Of a stretch of DNA of 64,000 nucleotides, positions 25,512 through 38,019 are shown one piece after another. The DNA comes from Octopus vulgaris (taxonomy: Eukaryota). The notes below the pieces were generated by a model. That model saw only the letters and a program-made list of their open reading frames with translations. It was not told the origin of the DNA and ran no database searches. A program made the translations under genes and the position numbers. Numbering within the stretch: the first letter of the stretch is position 1; each line of letters opens with the position of its first letter. The DNA lies in NCBI GenBank assembly GCA_951406725.2, contig OX597832.1, positions 57,288,001 to 57,352,000 on the forward strand, written 5' to 3'.

Positions 25512-25959
25512 CCCTTTAGCATTCAGATTCTTCTGTCAAATGTAAAGCTTATATATACACACCATGTAAAATTAATCTTGCATCATTTCATGGCTTTGAG
25601 ATTTCAATGATGTGATTCTTTATTTTTAAAATGATACAATAAGGTAGCTATGAATGACTATATCTGACTAGTTTGTAAGCTGGCAGAACTGTTAGCACAC
25701 CGGGCGAAATGCGTAGCTGTATTTCGTCTGCCGTTACGTTCTGAGTTCAAATTCCGCCGAGGTTGACTTTGCCTTTCATCCTTTAGGGGTCGATAAATTA
25801 AGTACCAGTTATGCACTGGGGTCGATGTAATGACTTAATCCGTTTGTCCCCTCTATGTTTAGCCCCTTGTGGGTAATATAGAAACATATATCTGACTAGT
25901 TTGAACATAAAATAGGTAGAATATTTTGGCCGGATATGGCCGGTTTAAACACTAAAGGG
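25512..25959. mobile_element. piggyBac-type MITE with a nested SINE
   Basis: TTAA-CCCTTTAG...CTAAAGGG-TTAA. The nested SINE (25676-25886) is flanked by the TSD TATATCTGACTAGTTTG. Related copies at about 2020-2341 and 27650-27868. Confidence 0.8.
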
Positions 25960-26469
25960 TTAAGTGTCCTCTAGAACAGTGATCCGCAATTGTTTCCCAC
26001 TTGTGGTACACTTATATTCTTTTCCTGAATTTGGTGGCAAACCTGAACTAAAACCATAGCTAAAAGTATAGAGGAAAAAATTATATTCGGGTTACACTGC
26101 GGCACAGCTAACATCGTCTTGTGGCACACCAGTGAGCCGCAGCCTACCAGATGCAGAGCTCTGCTCTAGGACAATACTGTGTGTGCAACCAGTCGGTAGT
26201 TAGTCGTGTGGATGCTGAGCGTATTTGGTGAAATGGTACACTGGTACGGGATTTGGATAATTAATATTCTCAAAGAATGTTGGAACTAAGAACTTTTACA
26301 CGAGATATCAACGATACTAAAGAAGTGTTTCGGTTCTCCGGAGAGAAGAAGAACAAAGGAAAGAAGAAAAGAAAGCATCTTTATTTATTTATTTATTTAT
26401 GGCAGCAATGGAAATGATATAACTGGAGAAATGATTGTGACAAATCAGTTGGAAATGTGATACCAAGTC

Positions 26470-27001
26470 AAATAATAATAATAATAATAATAATGGTAAT
26501 AATAATAATAATAATAATGGTAATAATGATAATAATAATGGTAATGATAATAGCAGTAATAGCTATAGTAAAAATAATAATGCTAATACTACCAATAATA
26601 ATAATGACAATAGTAATAGTAACAATAGTTATAATAAAGATAATAACAGTAATAGTGATAATAATGGCAATAGTAACAATAATGCTAATAATAATAATGA
26701 TAGTGATAGTAATAATAATAACAATAATAATAATAATCTTCTCTGTATGGTTTCAATTTTAGCATATGTACTGCTGAAGCTTATAATAATAATAATAATA
26801 ATAATAATATAAATAGGGATTGTAAGAATAATAATAATGATAGTGATAGTAATAATAGTAACAAAAGTAATGATAATAATAATGATGATGATAGTAATAA
26901 TAATAACAACAACAATAATAATAATAATAATAATAATAGTAATAATAATAATAACAATAATAGTAATAATAATAATAACAATAATAGTAATAATAGTAAT
27001 A

Positions 27002-27034
<33 letters not shown>

Positions 27035-27077
27035 ATAATAGTAATAATAATAATAATAACAATAATAATAATAATAG
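26470..27077. repeat. Degenerate (AAT)n tracts
   Basis: Seen directly. Similar tract at 8833-9100; degenerate (CAT)n at 31440-31840. Confidence 0.95.
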
Positions 27078-28258
27078 TTGTAGTATGGTAGACAGTTACC
27101 AATGTTGTGAGGATTTCTCTTTTTCTTTTTCTGTAATGAGAAATAGAGAATATAATAGAATTTCTTTATTTTCCACATTGTAATTTTTTTCTAGTAGTGT
27201 GGTTTCTACATATTGGATAGAACTGCAAAGTTAAATATGCAACATAAAAATAAGATCACACATGTAACATTGGGAGATAATAATGAATGGATAAGAAGGA
27301 AGAAACAGAATTATAGAGTTTAAAGTATGCACAAGGATGTCATAAAAAAAAAAATACAAAAGGAAAAAAGTAGTCGGTGTTGTTGTTTGCATTTTTTTTT
27401 AATATATTTTCTTTGTAGGAACCAAGAATAAAGCTAGAAGCGATTGAATAAAATAAAATGCATAAAAGAACGATGAGAAAAGATTGTGAGACATTATTTA
27501 GGAAAAAAAAAATGTTTAGACTTGCTTAATAAAGTCACCCCTGATGGCAAGATGATGTCTGAAGATATTCTGTGTATTGAACAAGAGAATGAGATGTCTT
27601 ACTTTAGATAACAATTGTAGTATTGTTGCACAACCACAGACACCTGTGTTAACTCATTAGCATCCAAAGCAGTTATATCTGGCCCAAATATTCTACCTAG
27701 TTTACGTTCAAACCAGCCACGTCTGCATCCTCACATCTGCTCTTGAATATTACTCTGAAAATATACAATCGCATCAGTGTTACAAGATAATACATGATTG
27801 ATTCAAGACAATGTGGAGAATAAATAAGCATCATATTTGACAGAGTAACCTGAATGCTAAAGAGTCAAACTGATAGGCGCAGGAGTGGCTGTGTGGTAAG
27901 TAGCTTGCTTACCAACCACTTGGTTCTGGGTTCAGTTCCACTGTATGGCATCTTGAGCCTTGTGAGTGGATTTGGTTGACAGAAAGGCAGCGAGCTGGCA
28001 GAAACGTTAGCATGCCGGGCGAAATGCTTAGCGGTATTTCGTCTGCTGCTATGTTCTGAGTTGAAATTCTGCCGAAGTCGACTTTGCCTTTCATCCTTTC
28101 AGGGTTGATTAAATAAGTACCAGTTACGCACTGGGGTCGATGTAATCGACTTAATCTGTTTGTCTTTGTTTGTCCCCTCTGTGTACAGCCCCTTGTAGGC
28201 AGTAAAGAAATAAGAAACTGAAAGAAGCCTGTTGTGTGTGTGTGTGTGTGTGTGTATG

Positions 28259-28289
<31 letters not shown>

Positions 28290-28635
28290 ATGTTTGTGTG
28301 CCTGTGATTGTCTCCCCAACGTCACTTGACCACCAATGCTGGTATGTTTACGTCCCTATCACTTAGCAGTTTGGCAAGAGAGACTGATAAAATAAGACTT
28401 ACAAAGAATAAATCCTGGGGTCGATTTGCTCAACTAAGGGCGGTGTTCCAGCATGGCTGCAGTCAAATGACTGAAACAAATAAAAGAATAAGAGGAAAAG
28501 AATAGATGTTAGATACAGAGTGGAAGCTGATGGTTTGTGGTCTGTCTCTTTAGCATTTTGTATTCTACTGTCTAAATTCATTGAACTGTAGATAGGTACC
28601 ATGAGTAGTTAGAGGTATGCATTCTATCAGCATTA

Positions 28636-28866
28636 AGGCAGCGAGCTGGCAGCAACGTTAGCACGCCGGGCGAAATGCGTAGCCGTATTTTGTCCGCCGT
28701 TACGTTCTGAGTTCAAATTCCGCCGAGGTCGACTTTGCCTTTCATCCTTTCGGGGTCGATAAATAAAGTACCAGTTACACACTGGGGTCGATGTAATCGA
28801 CTTAATCCCTTTTTCTGTCCTTGTTTGTCCCCTCTGTGTTTAGCCCCTTGTGGGCAGTAAAGAAAT
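28636..28866 (+). mobile_element. Young SINE with Nin/Deu-like central domain, flanked by a 20-bp TSD (representative of many copies)
   Basis: Central GCCTTTCATCCTTTCGGGGTCGATAAA.AAGTACCAG. TSD AGGTATGCATTCTA(T/C)CAGCA at 28613-28632 and 28867-28886. Other copies at 12858-13345 (tandem), 16164-16396, 27985-28214, 28955-29189(-), 42250-42650(-), 49700-50720 (cluster) and 53667-53895(-). Confidence 0.85.
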
Positions 28867-31285
28867 AGGTATGCATTCTACCAGCAAGCAACAGTTGTTA
28901 ACTCTACTATTAAATATAATTCATATTTTTGAATATGTTAAATATAATTAATTTCTTATTTCTTTATTGCCCACAAGGGGCTAAACATAGAGGGAACAAA
29001 CAAGGACAGACAAATGGATTAAGTCGCTTACATCGACCCCAGTGCATAACTGGTACTTAATTTATCAACCCCAAAAGGATGAAAGGCAAAGTCGACCTTG
29101 GTGGAATTTGAACTCAGAACATAACGGCAGACGAAATACCACTAAGCATTTCACCTGGCGTCCTAACGTTTCTGCCAGCTCATTGCCTTAATATAATTAA
29201 TTGCTAACGGTTCATCTTGTAATAGATAAAGCTATAAATGATAGTCATGGTTATTGCCGGTTCCATGTGAATGGCACCTGTGAAATCGTAATTGTGGCCG
29301 TTGCTGGAAGCATGATCTTTGAATGTCAGGCCTCATGGAGGTGATGACAAGACCTTTGGCGATATGCTGTACTTGAGAAAACTTGTCAAGCCAAGTGAAA
29401 TCGTAGTCGTGGTCATTGCCGGAACCACGTAAATAGCACCCATGCTGGTGGCATGTAAACAGCACCCATTACAGTCTCAGAGTGGTTGGCATTAGGAAGG
29501 GCATCCAGCCATAGAAAACCATGCCAAATCAGAGTGGAACCTGGTGCAGCTCTCTGGTTTACCAGTTTCAGTTAAGCCACCTAACCCTGCCAGCATGGAA
29601 AGCAGATGCTAAATGATGATGATGATGATGATTGGGTTAAAAAAAACCATTTTGATAGAAAAAGTTGAAAGCTGCCCATGGGATTTGAAATCACATCCTC
29701 TGTATACATAACAGATGTTCTACCATTGGACCAAAGTAATCCTTCGTGTTTCTGTATCTCTTTCTCTGTCTAATGATGTAAATAATTATCATTTGTCTTT
29801 TACTTGTTTCAATCATTGGACTGTGGCCATGCTGGGGCACTGCTTTGAAGGGTTTCGTTGAATAGATCTCAGTAATTGTCCTATTTTTCAAAGCCCGATG
29901 CTTATTCTATTGGTCTCTCCTGCCAAACCACCAAGTCATAGGGACATAAACAAACCAACACTAGTTGTCAAGCAGTGGTGGAGGACAAAGACACACACCT
30001 GTTGGGGGTTAGTAATCATCTGAAGTAACAATGTTCTCTTGATAACAACCAAGCTTTTGATCCATGTCTAGTACAGAAAGCTTGCAGAATAATTATTTCC
30101 TGAAGGGATTTGGTTATTTTCCATCTCCTGGATTATAAGATTCTTATTAGAATGTTTCCATTACAATAAGCATCACTGGAACTGCTTCCAAACTCAAATT
30201 CTATCAATTCTAGTGTTCTTCAATGCTCCGTTATGATTACCATGGTTACGTCTTGGACACACTTCCATCTGCGTATCAATGTCTTTCTTGCAGTGACTAG
30301 ACTCATGGCATGACCTCTCTCGAGGGTGCTGTGCTAATATAGGACTCACAGAAAAATGTTTATTAGTAATACTTGTTTGCCTTGTTACACCGCATACCTC
30401 AGCAGTTGAGGGCTAGTGTTAGTGTTTGTATATCTTTTAAGAAATTTTAAACTGGGTGTTTTTAAGAAAATTTGGATTGAGAAGATTATGTTGCTATGAG
30501 ATATTTATTGGGGTATTCTAATGTGTATCTAGTGTGGCTACTAACCCCAACAAACTTCAACCTTTGTCTGACCTCTGCCATATGACAATGAAGTACTATT
30601 ATCTGTTAACATTCTTTTGTGAACCCTAAACTAGCACAACCTTATATACAAAACTATTTCAACCAACAAATTGTGACATGGATTTCTTCTTTGTTTTCAC
30701 ACCTGACTGAATCATAAACAATAATGAAACTCCTGTATCAAACCAGAATAACTGTCTCCACTTTTCTCTTCCACAGATATACTTTCATCCTATCCTTTTC
30801 CATTTTCCCTCCCCTTTTCCTATGCAACTACTTCCCCTATCTACTTACACCATAACTATTTCTCATTCACATTATCTTGCCTACCAAATGAGTGCCCTGC
30901 CAAAAAACACATAATACTGCAAAGAATTGGCTTAGCAGCTCAGTAAAAGACAGCTCACCTGGCTGGTGAGCTGAAACTTTGAAGCCAGTCACCTTGCCCT
31001 TGTGAAAATTATTGTGTGTGTGTGTCTATGTTTGTCCCCACCACTGTCTGGATAACCTGTGTTGGTGTGTTTACATCCCTATAGCTTAGTGGTTCAGCAT
31101 AAGAACTGCTAGAATGAATACCAGCCTTAAAAAAAAGTAGTAGGGTTGATCCATTCAACTAAAAAGTCCTCAAGCTTGTGCCCCAGCATGGCCACAGTCT
31201 AATGCCAGAAACTAGTAAAAGATAAAAAAAAATATATAAACTATAATCAAACACCATTTATGTAAATTCTATGAATTTTTTTCAG

Positions 31286-31396
31286 GTAAAATCCATTATA
31301 TTAGCAAGTCTGGTCGCCTAGAAAAAAGCATTGAGGCCCACAAGGGTGCCATTCTTTGTGGGAGCTGGTCACATAATGGAGAAGATTTTGCTACAG
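31286..31396 (+). CDS. IFT80: IFT80 coding exon 3 (GKIHYISKSGRLEKSIEAHKGAILCGSWSHNGEDFAT)
   Basis: Acceptor tttttttcag, donor AG|GTGAGT, 111 nt, phase 1-1. Matches [24 protein letters not shown]. The supplied ORF track shows only a wrong frame here. Confidence 0.95.
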
Positions 31397-32384
31397 GTGA
31401 GTGTGTGCTTTGAACTAATCAGCATTTGGTTATTTATACATCATCATTATCACCATCATCATCATTGTCACCATTGTCATCATTATCATCATTGTCAGTG
31501 GCGTTTTCATCATCATCAGTGATCATCACCATCGTCATCATTATCATTGCCATCATCATGATTGTCATTATGATCATCATCATTGTCATAATTTTCATCA
31601 TCATCATCATCAGTCATCATCACCATCATCAATGTCATTCATCATCGTCGTCATCATCATCATCGTGATTGTCATTATGATCATCATTGTCATAATTTTC
31701 ATCTTCATCATCATCATTGTCATCATCATCATCAGTCATCATCACCATCATCATCATTATCATCAATGTCATTCTTCATTGTCGTCATCATCAACATCAT
31801 CATGATTGTCATTATGATCATCATTGTCATCATCATCATCAATATAAACTAAGGTAGTGTGCTGGCTGAATCATTAGCTTGGTAAACAAAGTGCTCAGCA
31901 GCATTCCCTCCGGCCCTGTACGTTCGAGGTCAAATCCCACTGAAGTCACCTTTGCCTTCTCATCCTTTCGGGGTCGATAAAATAAGTAACCAGTCAAGTA
32001 ACAGAGTCAATGGAATCGACTAATCCCCAAGCACCCTAAAATTGCTGGCATTGTGCTAAAATTTGAAACCATTGCTAAGTTCAAATTCTGCTGAGGTTAA
32101 TGTTTTCATCTCATCCTTTGGGGGGGGGGATCAATAAAATAAGTACCAGTTATGTACTGTAGTTGATGTTATTGACTTGCCCTTTCCCTTAAAATTTCAG
32201 GCCTTGTACTTTTAGTAGAAGGGATTATTATTGTTTTGTGTTGGGTTGTGCCTTGGGCTGTCCTTGGACAGTTTCAGTACCATCTGAGAAGGGGTTACTA
32301 GCCTTTGAATCAACCTTACTCCATTTCTTGAGCTAGGAACTTCACAATTCTTCTCATGGTGCAGCATCATTGATTCTGAGAGAA

Positions 32385-32441
<57 letters not shown>

Positions 32442-32729
32442 AAGAGAAAGAGAGAAGTGTTTAGTCTGGTTTTGATTGAAACTTTACTCATCACTCATCA
32501 ACCGAGAAAGGATAAATGACAAGGTTGATCTCAACAAGATTTGAAATCAGATTGCAGAGAGTTGGCCCAAATACTGCAACATATTCTAAATTACATTTTT
32601 GGGACTCTGCTAATTTTCTGCCTTACATTTTTGGGACTCTGCTAATTTTCTGCCTTACATTTGACTGAGGACTGGCAAACCAGATGGCTGCACCAGGTTC
32701 CAATCTTGCGCATACATATATATATATAT

Positions 32730-33190
32730 AAATGATACACTCAAGAGATTCCCAAGAATTCATTAAAAAACAGTCCCAATTACTGCTATAATCCATAACG
32801 AGCCAATTTTAAGTCATTTAAACATCTAACACCTTACTACTTTCACACTACCTACATTCCTTCTTTTTCTCCCTTTTCTTTCTTCTTCTTCTTCGTCTCC
32901 TTCCTAACTTTATCACTAATGCTGTAAATTAACAATTATTAGAGCACCATATATATACATTTAATAAATCTTTTGACATTTAAAAAAATTATATCTGCAG
33001 TGAGTTAACTTTGGATCCCTTGATGACAATGTAAGGTCCACTTAACTAAGGTATCTTTGGCCTGATGAATAGCCAGTGGAGTGTCCTTCATTAAGTAATT
33101 ATTACTTCTGAGTTTCTGCTAATTAGGAAACATGTTGCCTGGATTTAAGCTGCTCCATTCTTTAATTTGGATACATTTAAAAAACTATGT
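32730..33190 (+). mobile_element. Penelope-like 3' fragment with hammerhead motif at 33059-33139
   Basis: GGC-CTGATGA-(long stem II)-GAAAC-AT-GTT-GCC, with a short palindromic stem III. Confidence 0.5.
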
Positions 33191-35378
33191 GGATGTCTTT
33201 TGGTTAGGAAAGAATGTAGAAAATACAGCCAGTTTTTATGAGGGAAGTATTTAATTGGTTGAATCTAGTCGGGCATACGGCAAGTGCTTCTTTTTATGAC
33301 ATTGGGGGTCTATGAGAGAAGGGGGCAAGGCAGGGTTCTTATAGAGGAGCTACATGGTAACTCACATGTTAGAAGAGAGGTTGAAAGTGACCAGATGGAG
33401 CTGCAGAGAAGTAAATATTGTTGATGAGATGTTTAGGTGACCCCTCGAGTTATGAGAATGATATTGGTAAATAGGCTGGCAAAAGAATTTAAAGTCAATA
33501 CAGATTGATATTGATCTAAAGAGAGTGAAGTGTGTTGACTGGCATTCTACTATCTTGGTCTCATCAATAAATATTGATTTCTAATTGAGTTACAAGGTCA
33601 GAAATTTTTGGGAAGAGTAACAGTGATTGATTAAAATAGACCCCATCAGTTAACTGGTACTTAATTTTATAGCACTCAGAAGGTACTTAACTTTATAGCG
33701 CTCAGAAGGATGACAAATTTAATGCCTATTGAAAATTGAACTCAAAACAAAGTGAGGTACCAAAATATTGGTTCCAAATTTTGGCACAAAACGCAGAAAT
33801 TTGAGAAGAGGGAGTAAGTCGATTACATCGATCCCAGTACATAACTGGTATTTATTTTATTGACTCCCAAATGTATGTAAGGCAAAGTTGACCTAGGTAG
33901 AATTTGAACTCAGAATGTAAAGATGGACAAAATGACACCAAGCATTTTGCCCAGCATGCTAACAACTCTGCCAGCTCACTGAGGCACCTAAATATCACCA
34001 AAGCATTTTAGCTGACATTCCAAAGACTTTGACACCAGACAACGAGACATATTAAAGCATATTTTGATTAGCAAAGTAAGTCATTAGCTGATTTAATTGC
34101 AGCATTATGAATCACCTTTTCATCTGTTGACTCATCATTTTATAACTGAATCGCTTCCAACTGTTTTCTCTACCTGTTCTACCTTTGTGAGATAATTAGA
34201 ACAGGTGTATTTGTTTTATTTTTTGCTTTTGCTCCTTAACACATCACAATGTCATAGTTGGAATAAGTCAATCAGCAGACTTTCTAATTAAGCGATTAAT
34301 GTGCCGGTCTTTTAACCAGTGCAGTTCTGGTTCTTATTGATGTCACCGAAAAGCTGATTAGAAATTATCTCATCAAGTGACTAATTAAGGTGATACAAGG
34401 TACAATGCCTTATTTGGTGCACTTTTCCGAAATGGTAAAATGGTCTTAGTTCTATAATCATAAATAGTCTCTCAACCTTTTACCATCTAAGTCGGATTAG
34501 TGAATGAAAGAATCTACTATAATAATACTCTTGTGTTTTTCTCCATCACAACATATGAATAAGGAAGGAAGGAAGGGGTGATGGCAAACTGGTAGTGGAT
34601 GGTGAACATTCAATGCTGTAAAGAAAAATCAAACAGCGTTTCAACTCTGTGTGAGTGTATGTGTGTGCGTGTACAAGGAAAGTATGCGAATGTATGTGAA
34701 CATTGACAAGTGTATTATTTTGATTTACCATCCATATTTATATATAAAATACTACAATTAGCCGTCATTTTTGATGGCACGGGGCCAGCTAGTTAATAAA
34801 TGAATCTTAATTAGTTTCGATGATGAACAATTAGTCGGTTGGATCAATTGGATTGCTTCGTCATTTAGTTAGCATATAAGAGGCTGAGTATTTCACAGAC
34901 ATATCACCATAATTTGATGTCCATTTTCCATGCTGGCATGGGTTAGATGGCTTGACAGTGAGCCAAAGGGCTGCACCAAGCGCCATTGCCTGCTTTGGTA
35001 TGGTTTCTACAGGGAGTCTGAGAGGTGAGTGGCAGACGGATAGTGATGGGGGTAGATCGAAATGCTGTGAGTAGTAAACATGGGTGGAGGTATGGTCAAT
35101 CGCGAATATTAGTGAGAGGGACACAGCATGACCCAGTGTGTAAACAAGGCTGGCACTTTGAACTACAGGTACAATCCATCTGACAGGCTTCCACACAGTT
35201 TCCATTAACCCTTTTTCACCATTAAGTCTTGGGTTCACCTGAAGTGATGTTAAGACATTTGCTCAAAATGCCATGCAGTGATATTGAACCTCGGACCTAG
35301 CGATTGTGAAACAAACTTCTTAATGATTGGCCATGCTAGCATTGAAGAAAATACCTTACAGCATTTAGTTACATTCTA

Positions 35379-35931
35379 TTGGGTTGTTCAGAAAGTTCTT
35401 GCCTATTTTTAAAGGAAAGAAAAAGATCAATAAATACTTGCCATTACATTTTTAATCAGCCAAATATGAACCATTTTGTTGCACAATGCATCTCCATTTT
35501 TCCTTTAACTTGAAAATACCCTCTTGCCAGAATTGAGGTGGTTTCATGGCAAAGAATTCATCAAGGTATCTTTTTACATCATCCAAGGATTTGAAATTTT
35601 TACTGTTAAGACTATTCTGCAGAGACCTGAATAAGTGGAAATATCTGGTGAATATGGAGGGTGGGGTAACACATCCCAGCCGAGCTGCAACATTTTTTGT
35701 CTGGTTCCCGAAGCATCAAGTGCCAAAAATGAACTTTCTTATCTTCCATTTTAAAGGGTTACAGAATTAACACAGGTTATAGGAACATAAACCTTCTTCC
35801 ACGAAAAGATAGCTTAAACTGTGCTCTAAATGGAGGTGTAGTCAAATCCTATTTTATGGACTCAACCATGTTCTAAAATAAGTCGAAAGGTAAGCTACTA
35901 TAAATCGGCACGAACTTTCCGGACAACCCAA
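35379..35931 (-). mobile_element. Internally deleted mariner element
   Basis: TIRs TTGGGTTGTTCAGAAAGTTCTTGCC / TTGGGTTGTCCGGAAAGTTCGTGCC. Minus strand encodes the mariner C-terminus HLFRSLQNSLNSKNFKSLDDVKRYLDEFFAMKPPQFWQEGIFKLKEKWRCIVQQNGSY. Confidence 0.88.
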
Positions 35932-36330
35932 TGTTATGATCTGGGTTCAAATCCTGCTCAGGTCCACTTTATTTTCGTCCTCCCATGGTCAATAAAACCA
36001 GTATTAGGGTTGATGTCCTCTATTACACTCTAGAAGCTGGTACACCAGTATGGCTACAATTTTAATGCCTGAAGTCATAAGACAGTAGTGGCAGTCTTGG
36101 TCTGTTGGAATTTTGCTAGATCTAAATTTGGTTTCAAATTTGAAGGGTGGGTGGGTAAGTTGGTTACATTGATTTCTGTACTTGAATGGTACTTATTTTA
36201 TCAAACCCAAAAGGATGAAAGGCAAAAATTGAACTTGGAGGAATTTGGACTCAGAACTTAAAGAGCTGAAAGGAATGATGCTAAGCATTTTGTTCAAACC
36301 ATATTATTTAATATCTGTTTTATATTCCAG

Positions 36331-36399
36331 CTGGAGAAGATGGACAGGTGAAAATTTGGTCAAAGCAAAGGATGTTAAGATCTACTTTAGTTCAGAATA
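36331..36399 (+). CDS. IFT80: IFT80 coding exon 4 (AGEDGQVKIWSKQRMLRSTLVQN)
   Basis: Acceptor ttttatattccag, donor A|GTAAGT, 69 nt, phase 1-1. Matches GEDGQIKIWSKTGMLRSTL. Confidence 0.95.
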
Positions 36400-36689
36400 G
36401 TAAGTTGACTCCTCCTTTTGTATTATTATGAAAAGCAAGTGTGGCTTGTGCATGGTTAAGATCTTTGCTTTCCAACCACATGGTTTCTGGTTCAATTCCA
36501 TTGCTTTGGGTAAATGTCTTCTACTATTGTCTCAGGGCTGACCAGTACCTTGTGTGTGGATTTAGTAGACAGAAACTGTGTATATATGTATCACATAACC
36601 GGCCCATTTAAGAGTACCCTTCAATCATTGGCAATATACAGTGTTTGAGAAGACTGGTTGAGTCAAATGAGGTCATTGTCATAGCTGAT

Positions 36690-37200
36690 GTCAGTACCAC
36701 CTGACTGGCACCTGTGCTGGTGGCATGTAAAAAGTACCATTTGAGCATGGTTGATGCTAGTCCCAATGGACTGGCTCCTGTGCTGGTGGCACATAAAAAG
36801 CACCATATGAATGTGGTCATTGCTAACACCACCTGACTGGTTCCTGTGCTGGTGGCATGTAAAAAAAAACTCATTCGAGTGTGGTCATTGCCAGTGCTGC
36901 GTGACTGGCTCCTGTGCCGTGGCATGTAAAAAGCACCATTCGAGCGTGGTCATTGCCATTGCTACCCGACTGGCTCCTGTGCTGGTGGCACGTAAAAAGC
37001 ACCAAACAAGCGTGGTTGATGCCAGTGCCGCCTATCTGGCCCCATGCCAGTGGCATGTAAAAAGCACCATTCAAGCATGGTCGATATCAATACTGCCTGA
37101 CTGGGTCCCATGCTGGTGGTATGTAAAAAACACGATTCAAGCGTGGTTGATGTCAGTACTGCCTGTCTGGCCCCATGCCAGTGGCACGTAAAAAGCACCC
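36690..37200 (+). repeat. Minisatellite of about 60-65-bp units (about 8 copies) inside an RTE 3'UTR
   Basis: Recurring GACTGGCTCCTGTGCTGGTGGCATGTAAAAAGCACCATTCGAGCGTGG. Confidence 0.85.
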
Positions 37201-37503
37201 ACTACACTCTTGGAGTGGTTGGCGTTAGGAAGGGCATCCGGCTGTAGAAACCTTGCCAGATATTCCCTTCTCAGTTTCACATTTATTGCAGCAGTGCTTC
37301 AGTTTTTCTAAGCCTTGTAAAAGACCTCAGCAGTTTGGACTTCCAGCCAGACCTTTCGTGACACCCCTAAAGCCAGGATCTTTACAGATCCTCCTAGTAA
37401 CTTGCACCTGGGTAACATAGTGACATTGAGTGCAGTGTAAAAGTAAAGTTTTTATATTTATTATTGTTGCTTCTATTTATATTTGTTTATTTTTTTTTGT
37501 CAG

Positions 37504-37613
37504 GTGCCCCTATTTATTCATTGGCTTGGGCCCCAGACTCCAAACAGCTGGTATTTACCAATGGCAAACAGTTGATTCTCAAAGCACAGCAAGCTGGTTC
37601 TAAACCTTTCATG
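37504..37613 (+). CDS. IFT80: IFT80 coding exon 5 (SAPIYSLAWAPDSKQLVFTNGKQLILKAQQAGSKPFM)
   Basis: Acceptor ttttttgtcag, donor ATG|GTAAGT, 110 nt, phase 1-0. Matches [25 protein letters not shown]. Confidence 0.95.
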
Positions 37614-37687
37614 GTAAGTCTTATTACTAATAATATCAAGAGTTGTCTTTATATCCTACTTAACGTGGATGTATAATCAGAGTGTGA

Positions 37688-38019
37688 AGGCGCATGGCTC
37701 AGTGGTTAGAGCATCGAGCTTATGATCGTGAGGTTGTGAGTTCGATTCCCGGACCGGGCTGCGTGTTGTGTTTTTTAGCAAGACACTTTATTTTACATTG
37801 CTCCAGTTCACTCAGCTGTAGAAATGAGTTGCGATGTCACAGGTGCCAAGCTGTATTGGCCTTTGCCTTTCCCTTGGATAACACTGGTGGTGTGGAGAGG
37901 GGGAGGCCAGTATGCATGGGTGACTACTGTTCTTCCATAAACAACCTTGCCCGGACTTGTGCCTGAAGGGTAACTTTCTAGGTGCAATCCCATGGTCAGT
38001 CATGACTGAAGGGAGTCTC
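37688..38019 (+). mobile_element. tRNA-derived SINE with intact A and B boxes
   Basis: TGGCTCAGTGG (A box) and GTTCGATTCC (B box), then a body also seen as fragments at about 1790-1960 and 24290-24410. No closed acceptor stem. Confidence 0.75.

Noticed and set aside
27419-27455. Acceptor plus short frame plus AATAAA (intronic terminal exon)
   Set aside because: Such signals are expected by chance in very AT-rich sequence, and there is no other support.
31284-31291. AG|GTAAAA resembling a recursive splice site
   Set aside because: The GT is simply the rest of the conserved Gly codon at the start of exon 3.
36690-37200. Regularly spaced repeats resembling a CRISPR array
   Set aside because: The whole unit is repeated with no unique spacers, it lies in an RTE 3'UTR seen elsewhere in the window, the context is eukaryotic, and there are no cas genes.
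37688-37760. Possible tRNA gene
   Set aside because: It has A and B boxes but no acceptor stem, and it continues into a SINE body.
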